Of a DNA stretch of 17,731 bases, positions 5,788-12,402 are shown in pieces. A model generated the notes under the pieces. That model was not told where the DNA came from and made no database searches. It was given only the letters and a program-made list of their open reading frames with translations. How positions within the stretch are numbered: position 1 is the stretch's first letter; every line of letters starts with the position of its first letter. A program made the translations under genes and the position numbers. Origin of the DNA: a virus. The stretch spans positions 1 to 17,731 of IMG/VR virus record IMGVR_UViG_3300045988_136749. One strand, 5' to 3'.

Positions 5788-7374
5788 ATGAGCTATATTG
5801 CACCAGATACAGACATATATTTGCTTGCTAATGTTGAATGTGATAAAAGTTACGATAATGTTAAATATTTTGCAACTAAAAATGCACAGCATACTTATAT
5901 GTCTAGTAAAATCGTTAAGTCATTTACGAACCAGAGTTACGGGCGTGTCAACAAAGGCACGTTCCGTCTCTTCTGTAAAGCAGATGACGTTTATCAATGC
6001 AATTATTTAATGTTTCAGAATACAGCTTTCGGAAACAAGTGGTTTTACGCTTTTATCAATAGCATAGAGTATGTTTCTAATAACACTTGTGAAGTAAGAT
6101 TTACTATCGACTTATTCCAGACATGGTTTCTGGATTGTACAGTTGGGCAATGCTTTGTAGAGCGTGAACACGTTACTGATGATAGTATAGGCGCACACAC
6201 TCTAAATGAGGATGTGCCTACTGGTGAAATGATTACAGCTATCGAAGAACAGTTGACAGAGTTTTCAAAACAGTACACATACGGTGTAGAAATCTGTATC
6301 AGTGATACACAGTTAAGTGGCATAGCTAATCAGCCAACATGGTTTGACAAGCCTGTTTTGAGCGGTATTTTTCAGGGTTCTAAGATTGGTACAACAGATA
6401 ACAGCGATGACTTATTAACGTTTCTGAATAATGTCATTTCAGCAGGCTATCAGTCAACCATTATACAGATTTTCACAATTCCAAAAATATTTGCCCCATC
6501 TGGAACAGATTCAAGAGTACAGACATCAAGAGAGTTACCTACTTTGCCAACAAAGTTCGGTAATTATACACCTTTAAACAACAGACTGTATTCTTCACCT
6601 TTCGTTGACTATGTTGTTTATGCTCCAACCGGTGACAAGATGATTTTACATCCAGAATTGTTCAGTAATTACGAACACAGAATAGTGACTTTTTCTGGTA
6701 ATCAAAGTGTTACACCACAGATAATGTGTATTCCAACGAATTATAAAATAACAGGTGGTACTAACAAGACTGAGGGTTACACCCTTAATTATGGCATAAA
6801 AGGTTCTTTTATGTATGACGCTTATCAAGCTGAGATTGCATCATATGGAGTAGGCGAACTCGGCGGAACTATTGCTCATTGGTTACCTAGAATATTAGGA
6901 ACAGGCAATAAAGTTGCTGGCTCTGGTTTTGGACTCGGTATGGCACTTGACGCAGGTGGCGGTCTTCCTCTGCTAGGTGCGGGTATTGCAGGAGTTAGCG
7001 CAGTAAGTAGTGCTGTTAGTACAGCATCAGACTACTTCAAAGAAACGCATGATACATCAAAATTAAGTGGTGCTTCTGGTGGTTCTGTTCTTTGGTCACA
7101 ACAGATACTAGACACTTTTGTACAGGTTCGTCAAGTAAGGGAAGAGTATGCACGAATAGCTGATAATTATTTCAGTATGTTTGGATATAAGGTATGCAGA
7201 TTGAAAGTTCCAAACATTGCCACTAGACCATCATGGAATTTTGTAAAGTGTTCTACTGTTGCTATAACAGGAGCAATTCCTGCTGATGCAGAAGAATTAA
7301 TAATGAGTGTTCTCAAAAAAGGTGTAACATTCTGGAAAACAAGCTTCGGAAACTACACAGCAAATAATAAGTAA
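5788..7374 (+). CDS. Tail knob / distal tube protein, phi29 gp9-like
   Basis: The N-terminal block YLMFQNTAFGNKWFYAFI...FTIDLFQTWF closely parallels the phi29 gp9 block YIMFQN..YGNKWFYAF...EIDVLQTW. It contains a long Gly/Ala/Leu-rich hydrophobic loop (aa ~354-414). Confidence 0.85.
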   Translation: MSYIAPDTDIYLLANVECDKSYDNVKYFATKNAQHTYMSSKIVKSFTNQSYGRVNKGTFRLFCKADDVYQCNYLMFQNTAFGNKWFYAFINSIEYVSNNTCEVRFTIDLFQTWFLDCTVGQCFVEREHVTDDSIGAHTLNEDVPTGEMITAIEEQLTEFSKQYTYGVEICISDTQLSGIANQPTWFDKPVLSGIFQGSKIGTTDNSDDLLTFLNNVISAGYQSTIIQIFTIPKIFAPSGTDSRVQTSRELPTLPTKFGNYTPLNNRLYSSPFVDYVVYAPTGDKMILHPELFSNYEHRIVTFSGNQSVTPQIMCIPTNYKITGGTNKTEGYTLNYGIKGSFMYDAYQAEIASYGVGELGGTIAHWLPRILGTGNKVAGSGFGLGMALDAGGGLPLLGAGIAGVSAVSSAVSTASDYFKETHDTSKLSGASGGSVLWSQQILDTFVQVRQVREEYARIADNYFSMFGYKVCRLKVPNIATRPSWNFVKCSTVAITGAIPADAEELIMSVLKKGVTFWKTSFGNYTANNK

Positions 7375-7387
7375 GGTGGTGATTAAA

Positions 7388-8305
7388 ATGGGCAGAAGTA
7401 GAAGTAAGCGGAGATTTTTTCAAAAAGTATATTCTTCTGGCATACAATATAATCATTGGTTGATGAAATTTGCAAGCAATGCTGTAGCCTCTTATCGCGT
7501 AGAGGGTTTACCAGTAGAAATAGATTCAAGATGGTTAGCGCTAAAGCTCTTTGAACTTGGTTCTATTGCTTTCTTTTACGATTCGGATGCAGGTGAGTAT
7601 GCTTGTATGCAGTATTCGTGCCTTGGTACTTATGACTGTTATGGCAATCCCACAAAAATACGTGTATGGAATCCATGGACAGGATATCAGAGAGAACTTA
7701 ACAAAGGTGAGTTTGTTATTATATGGGATAACATGCTTAGGGTTAATATGTACAACGCCTACATTGATTTGTCGTATAGATTATGGAGAATTGACGGCAC
7801 AATAGATACAAACTGTGTAGCACAGAAAACACCTGTTATTGTACAATGTTCGGAAAATGAACGATTAACGTTTAAAAATCTTCTTGCAGGCGTTGACGCT
7901 GACAATCCGTACTTAGCCGTTGGTGATAATCTTTCATTAAAAGACATTAAAGCGTTACAGCTCGGCGCACCACTTGTAGCACCAGAGTTAATGGAAGTAC
8001 AGCAGACACTTTACAACAGAGGAAATGCTCTACTAGGTATCACATCTGTTATAGTTCAGAAAAAAGAAAGAATGGTTAAATCAGAAGTAGACACAGCTAA
8101 TGCTGATGCACTTGCTAATAGACGGTCAAGAACAATGGCCAGAGATTACGCTAGTGTACAGATTAAGGAAATATTTGGTCTGGATGTAACTTGGATTTTT
8201 GATGAAGGCGATGAACCAAACAAGGAACCTGATGAAGGAAACAGAGAAGATTTTATCAGCCGTATAAAAGTAGCTAGTTTAGGCACTTCTGTTATAGAGA
8301 GGTGA
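7388..8305 (+). CDS. Head-tail connector (portal / upper collar), phi29 gp10-like
   Basis: About 305 aa, with a basic N-terminus (MGRSRSKRR). VAQKTPVIVQ and KKERMVKSEV correspond to phi29 gp10 NAQKTPVLIR and KKERMVTDEV. The SD GGTGGTGA precedes ATG 7388 (the tracked ORF begins at GTG 7376). Confidence 0.85.
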   Translation: MGRSRSKRRFFQKVYSSGIQYNHWLMKFASNAVASYRVEGLPVEIDSRWLALKLFELGSIAFFYDSDAGEYACMQYSCLGTYDCYGNPTKIRVWNPWTGYQRELNKGEFVIIWDNMLRVNMYNAYIDLSYRLWRIDGTIDTNCVAQKTPVIVQCSENERLTFKNLLAGVDADNPYLAVGDNLSLKDIKALQLGAPLVAPELMEVQQTLYNRGNALLGITSVIVQKKERMVKSEVDTANADALANRRSRTMARDYASVQIKEIFGLDVTWIFDEGDEPNKEPDEGNREDFISRIKVASLGTSVIER

Positions 8306-8309
8306 TAAC

Positions 8310-9122
8310 ATGAGTAGATACACAACAGAAGTCAGATATATCTGTGAATCTCTTGCAGGACTTGACAAGTCGGTTGGCTATTCAAATGTTAATGAAGTCA
8401 TTGAAAAGTCAAGAAACAGAATCTTTCCACCTTTTGAAATATTTGACGAAAGTTATCGACCTGTGCTTGAGACAAAGATTCTTAAACATTTTTACACTAG
8501 AGAAATCGGGTGTGAAACGTTCGGCCTGTGGCAGTTAAGGCTTGACGCTAAACTATCAGTTATTATGCCGTATTACAACAAGCTTTACAAAGCGATTAAC
8601 ATTGATATTCCTATTATCGATAACGTTGATATGAACGTTGAGCATAATATCGGCAGGAATGCTGATACAAAGGTTACAGACAAGACGGGTGTAACATCAA
8701 GTTCTAATACAACAGCAAACACATCGGATAAAGCAAGCACTACAACTAATACAAATACAACGTCTAACGAAAAGATTAGGCATAGTGATACGCCACAAGG
8801 CGGCTTGGAAGGACTAGAGTCAAACGAATATATGAGTGATGCGTCTATATACGACACGACACAAACAGCAAAAAACACCTCAACTAGCAGTAGTGAAACA
8901 AGTAACAGTAGTAACACAAGTAGCAGTAGCAACAGCAATAGCAACAGTGACACAAATGCAAAGAGTACAGAAGAATATGCAGAGCATAGATGGGGAAAAG
9001 AGGGCACTGTAACTTATATTAGCATGGTTAATGAGTACATCGAAAAGATGAAAAACATTGACGCTATGCTGATTCGTGAACTTGAAGAATTATTTATGCA
9101 AATATGGGATATATGGGAGTGA
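8310..9122 (+). CDS. Putative lower collar / tail tube protein (gp11 position) with S/T/N-rich low-complexity tracts
   Basis: The position directly after the connector gene matches phi29 gene 11. There is no sequence-level match I can assert. It carries two Ser/Thr/Asn-rich tracts at aa ~126-155 and ~185-219. Confidence 0.5.
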   Translation: MSRYTTEVRYICESLAGLDKSVGYSNVNEVIEKSRNRIFPPFEIFDESYRPVLETKILKHFYTREIGCETFGLWQLRLDAKLSVIMPYYNKLYKAINIDIPIIDNVDMNVEHNIGRNADTKVTDKTGVTSSSNTTANTSDKASTTTNTNTTSNEKIRHSDTPQGGLEGLESNEYMSDASIYDTTQTAKNTSTSSSETSNSSNTSSSSNSNSNSDTNAKSTEEYAEHRWGKEGTVTYISMVNEYIEKMKNIDAMLIRELEELFMQIWDIWE

Positions 9123-9128
9123 TTCAAT

Positions 9129-10394
9129 ATGAGTTTTAAACCTAAAAATTTTAGAGAGTGGTGTAATCATACGATACCTGTTTTGCCCCAGGTATACGGA
9201 GATGAATTAAGTTATTATGAGTTGCTCAACAAAGTAGTTGAAAAACTCAATGCTATTGGCATTACAGTCAACGAATTGATTGAATATGTCAATAACTATT
9301 TTGACTCAAAAGACTGGCAACAGATGGTAAACAACAAACTTGATTCGATGGTTGCAGATGGTACGCTTGATAATATTATTAACAAAAAAATTTTTGGTGA
9401 ATTGAACAGCAATGTCAATATGCTTTTAGATAACAGAAAGAATTTTAGAAACTGTAAAATTTTATGCATTGGTGACAGCTTCGGAAGAGGTGTTTACGAT
9501 AATAGCGAACACTTAGAAAGTTCATGGCCTACAAGATTAGGCGAGTATGCAAATGGTAGTATAATCTACAACTATTGCCAGAGCAACGCAGGATTTCTTG
9601 CATTAGATAAAGGGTTTTTAGCTCAGCTTACTAGAGCAAAAAATGATGGTCACACAGATGCACATATTATTCTAATAGAGGGTGGCCAAAATGACGGGTA
9701 TCTTGATACAACTAATTTGTTTAATGCTGTTGTAGAATGTATCAATTATGCTAAACAGAATTTTCCTAACGCTGTTATCTATGTGATTGGTGCAAATACT
9801 GGAACAGCTTCACAAATTACAAGGTCAAAACGTCATGATGTGTGGGAAATTATGCAAAGTGCATCAAATTTAACTGGTGTTACGTTTTGGATGGCTAATA
9901 TGTATGTATGGAATATTAATGATACTTTGAGTAGTGATGGTATTCATCTAAACCAGTTTGGCTATCAAATGTTAGCTTCTGTTATTTATCAATTTTTATG
10001 TGGTGCAGACCCGCAGATTAACGCTGATAGATGGCTTGGTTTTCAAACAGAGTGGGCAGGTGATAAAATTACAATGAAGAACACCTCAAACTTTTTTGAA
10101 ACTGTTAATCTACCAAACAATTTTTATCTTAACGGTGATACTCCTGCAATTGTTAAGGATATAGAACTTTCAAATAATTATGCAAATAGAGAAAGTCCTC
10201 TGGCTATTTCTGTTCCAATGGGTGTGAATGGTGAGGATATTAACGGTTGGATGATTTTAAGATTAAGAAATGGACGACTTGAGCTGTGCCCACTTGCTTA
10301 TAAAGGTTCGGGCGGATATGTAACTTTGAGTGGCTCACATGAATTTTTTATGCCGCAGTTTACAGCAACATTTCCGACATTATTGATTATGTAA
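9129..10394 (+). CDS. Tail appendage / receptor-binding protein with SGNH (GDSL) hydrolase domain
   Basis: N-terminal tail-fibre-like helical region (YGDELSYYELLNKVVEKLN...). SGNH blocks: CIGDSFGRG (GDS Ser ~117), EGGQND (block III), DGIHLN (block V, D-x-x-H). It is the last late gene, in the gp12-equivalent position. Confidence 0.75.
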   Translation: MSFKPKNFREWCNHTIPVLPQVYGDELSYYELLNKVVEKLNAIGITVNELIEYVNNYFDSKDWQQMVNNKLDSMVADGTLDNIINKKIFGELNSNVNMLLDNRKNFRNCKILCIGDSFGRGVYDNSEHLESSWPTRLGEYANGSIIYNYCQSNAGFLALDKGFLAQLTRAKNDGHTDAHIILIEGGQNDGYLDTTNLFNAVVECINYAKQNFPNAVIYVIGANTGTASQITRSKRHDVWEIMQSASNLTGVTFWMANMYVWNINDTLSSDGIHLNQFGYQMLASVIYQFLCGADPQINADRWLGFQTEWAGDKITMKNTSNFFETVNLPNNFYLNGDTPAIVKDIELSNNYANRESPLAISVPMGVNGEDINGWMILRLRNGRLELCPLAYKGSGGYVTLSGSHEFFMPQFTATFPTLLIM

Positions 10395-10412
10395 ATGTTT
10401 CACGTGAAACAT
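10395..10412. repeat. Perfect 18-bp palindrome ATGTTTCACGTGAAACAT
   Basis: It starts at the base after the tail-appendage stop codon. It is fully self-complementary and centred on CACGTG. Confidence 0.8.
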
Positions 10413-10415
10413 AAC

Positions 10416-10444
10416 AAAGGGAGCCTTTTGGACTCCCTTTTTTC
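10416..10444. terminator. Bidirectional rho-independent terminator between the convergent late and early operons
   Basis: AAAGGGAGCC-TTTT-GGaCTCCCTTT hairpin. It is followed by TTTTTTC on the plus strand and by TTTGTTATGTTT on the minus strand. It lies exactly where + and - transcription converge. Confidence 0.75.
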
Positions 10445-10579
10445 TTAATGCGCTAATGCAATACACAAAAGCAGTGAATAAACGCACATTATAAAAAACA
10501 ATGTTAATTCGTTGAAAAGCCTTGCACTTATGGCTGATATCATAATCAACGCAAAAAACAAATTAAGTGTATTAGTCAT
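10445..10579 (-). CDS. Small hydrophobic membrane protein (44 aa), not in the ORF track
   Basis: MTNTLNLFFALIMISAISARLFNELTLFFIMCVYSLLLCIALAH has two hydrophobic segments. The ATG directly follows the upstream stop (TAAATG), with the SD GAGGAGGG about 10 nt upstream. It is the last early gene before the terminator. Confidence 0.5.
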   Translation of the reverse strand: MTNTLNLFFALIMISAISARLFNELTLFFIMCVYSLLLCIALAH

Positions 10580-10810
10580 TTAAATGGAACCCTCCTCATA
10601 CAATAATACGTATAAGGTGTCATTTTCAATTGCAAGACGAAATACATGCTTGTTTGCGAGTTCTTGATGTTTCATAACTAATTTCTTAAAATCCTGTGCA
10701 GTTACAGGGGTTGTACTTTGAAGTATTGATAGTTCTTTGCTATACCATATATTAGCACAAACTTTTACTTTTCCATGATCCAGTGCGATGCACAAATCTT
10801 TAACTGTCAT
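10580..10810 (-). CDS. Hypothetical early protein (76 aa)
   Basis: ORF in the early-operon orientation, with the SD AAAAGGAGAAAG upstream of the ATG. No motif recognised. Confidence 0.55.
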   Translation of the reverse strand: MTVKDLCIALDHGKVKVCANIWYSKELSILQSTTPVTAQDFKKLVMKHQELANKHVFRLAIENDTLYVLLYEEGSI

Positions 10811-10837
10811 TATTTCTTTCTCCTTTTCTTCATTCTT

Positions 10838-11059
10838 CTACACAACTGCCTTTACTATAAAATATCTTTTCGCCCGTTCTATAACAGTACCTAGGTCACG
10901 ACTTCCGTATCCCTCATACGAACTATCGCTATTAATAGGATGATATATTATAGTGTAGTAAGGGTTATCAAAGTATGTAGTACCTATTTTAATTGCTAAA
11001 AAGTCAACAGCAATCTTGTCGCTGTTATTGTCTTTATCAAAACTTAAATCATTATACAC
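10838..11059 (-). CDS. Hypothetical early protein (73 aa)
   Basis: GTG start preceded by AAAAGGAGAAAT. It overlaps the upstream gene by 8 nt. No motif recognised. Confidence 0.5.
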   Translation of the reverse strand: MYNDLSFDKDNNSDKIAVDFLAIKIGTTYFDNPYYTIIYHPINSDSSYEGYGSRDLGTVIERAKRYFIVKAVV

Positions 11060-11237
11060 GCTTATTTCTCCTTTTCTTCATTCTCCTGCATGCTTCACTC
11101 ACATATGCCTTATGGTTTGAATCATTATACTCAGCAACAGACGCTTTCATTATTTCATATCTGTATTGAAAGTATTCTTCACAAGCTGAATGACAATTTA
11201 AACATCTTTCACTACAATCTTTACAGGGTGCTTTCAT
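11052..11237 (-). CDS. Small Cys-rich (putative zinc-binding) protein with basic C-terminal tail (61 aa)
   Basis: N-terminus CKDCSERCLNCHSAC (5 Cys plus 1 His within 15 residues) and C-terminus RRMKKRRNKRV. The SD AGGAAGTGA precedes the ATG. Confidence 0.6.
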   Translation of the reverse strand: MKAPCKDCSERCLNCHSACEEYFQYRYEIMKASVAEYNDSNHKAYVSEACRRMKKRRNKRV

Positions 11238-11241
11238 ATTA

Positions 11242-11412
11242 TCACTTCCTTAAATATAACATTATTAACACAATAGTCCACCATATCACTACTGCTCCAG
11301 ATACACCAATAATAACAATCATATCTGGCCTTAAAGTGAGTAAATATAACAGGAATACTAGAAACAGCAATATTAGAACTAAAATGCTGATAAATACAAA
11401 CTTTTTAAGCAA
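11242..11412 (-). CDS. Small two-TM membrane protein (56 aa), not in the ORF track
   Basis: TTG start 6 nt after the SD AGGTGA. MLKKFVFISILVLILLFLVFLLYLLTLRPDMIVIIGVSGAVVIWWTIVLIMLYLRK has two clear hydrophobic helices. The stop lies 4 nt before the next gene's ATG. The plus-strand ORF 11090-11434 covering this region looks spurious. Confidence 0.55.
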   Translation of the reverse strand: MLKKFVFISILVLILLFLVFLLYLLTLRPDMIVIIGVSGAVVIWWTIVLIMLYLRK

Positions 11413-11421
11413 TTTTTTCAC

Positions 11422-11577
11422 CTACCATTTATAAGAATAATTAACGCCCTGTGAACTTTTTCTATTTTTAAAGTACGGAACTTTTTTAGCTTTTCTAATG
11501 TTCCTGCAAACTGTATACCAGTCAAGTGTAAATTTTTTTACTTCGGTATCATTCATTCCAAAAACTATTCTTTGCAT
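11422..11577 (-). CDS. Small basic protein (51 aa), not in the ORF track
   Basis: The ATG overlaps the dUTPase stop (TAATG), with the SD GGGGTGAG upstream. The sequence is MQRIVFGMNDTEVKKFTLDWYTVCRNIRKAKKVPYFKNRKSSQGVNYSYKW. It fills an otherwise unexplained 150-nt gap in a tightly packed operon. Confidence 0.45.
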   Translation of the reverse strand: MQRIVFGMNDTEVKKFTLDWYTVCRNIRKAKKVPYFKNRKSSQGVNYSYKW

Positions 11578-12122
11578 TATCTCACCCCACTTGAACCAAA
11601 ACCATTTCTATCATTATCTGTTAAATCTTCCACTTCAACCAGTTCAATTTCTGGCTGATTTCTTACAACCCTAAACTGTGCAATTCTATCACCTCTTGTT
11701 ATCACCGTATCTTCAACAGCATATGCAGGAAAACACCATTCATCATTTCTACCACAATATGAATTATCAATGATTCCCATACTGTTAGTCATTAAGACAT
11801 GATATTTTCTGAAAGTTGATGAACGCGGTAATACGTGTGCTTCATATCCTTTTGGTAGTTTCATTGCAACTCCTAACGGAATATTAACATATTCGCCTCT
11901 TTTAATGCGTACTGTTTTACCTGCTTTTAAATCAATCCAATCGCCGAGGGCATATTTTTCTGGCAGGACTGAATTAAAATATCCATGATTCTTTGCTAAT
12001 ACTCTAATTTTTTCGCGTGTGAAGAATAGTTTTCTACAGCTTCTTTGATAGACAGAATATCGTGATATAGATAAGACAGTTCTTCGTATGTAAGATAACA
12101 ATTTTTCTTTAGTTTTTTTCAT
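11577..12122 (-). CDS. dut: dUTPase, YncF/YosS (SPbeta-type) family, with a ~35-aa basic N-terminal extension
   Basis: GDWIDLKAG, PLGVAMKLPKGYEAHVLPRSS, TNSMGIIDNSYCG, GDRIAQFRVV and DRNGFGSSG match the conserved trimeric dUTPase motifs, closest to B. subtilis YncF/YosS as I recall them. The SD AAGGGGTGA precedes ATG 12122 (the tracked ORF begins at GTG 12131). Confidence 0.85.
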   Translation of the reverse strand: MKKTKEKLLSYIRRTVLSISRYSVYQRSCRKLFFTREKIRVLAKNHGYFNSVLPEKYALGDWIDLKAGKTVRIKRGEYVNIPLGVAMKLPKGYEAHVLPRSSTFRKYHVLMTNSMGIIDNSYCGRNDEWCFPAYAVEDTVITRGDRIAQFRVVRNQPEIELVEVEDLTDNDRNGFGSSGVR

Positions 12123-12402
12123 ATAATTCACCCCTTAATACGTTAATATATTTTTCTACAAAAGCTTTATAAAATAAATCTGCATCATAATATGTATATG
12201 AATTCATCAATATTTTTAAAGCATTTTCCAACTTGTTCATTCTTATTACACGCTTAATTGCAAGCAACGCCTGCTTTGCATCATATACTCTAATGTATTC
12301 GTTGTAATCTTCATCTAGCATAGTGTAAATATCTTTTCTTATTTGACTGTCTGATTTACCGCATTTGATACGTTGATTCAACAAGTAAAACACCTCCATC
12401 AA
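12109..12402 (-). CDS. Hypothetical early protein (~91-97 aa)
   Basis: Operon-oriented ORF overlapping the 3' end of the polymerase gene. The best SD, GGAGGTG (12397-12391), favours the TTG start at 12384. No motif recognised. Confidence 0.5.
   Translation of the reverse strand: MMEVFYLLNQRIKCGKSDSQIRKDIYTMLDEDYNEYIRVYDAKQALLAIKRVIRMNKLENALKILMNSYTYYDADLFYKAFVEKYINVLRGELYEKN

Noticed and set aside
8585-9007. 140-aa Leu-rich ORF on the minus strand
   Set aside because: It is an antisense artefact of the AGC/AAC/AGT trinucleotide-rich tracts in the lower-collar-position gene. It has no SD and runs against the late operon.
11090-11434. 114-aa + strand ORF
   Set aside because: It runs against the early operon and has no SD. 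The same DNA is better explained by the minus-strand Cys-rich gene plus an SD-preceded 56-aa membrane protein.
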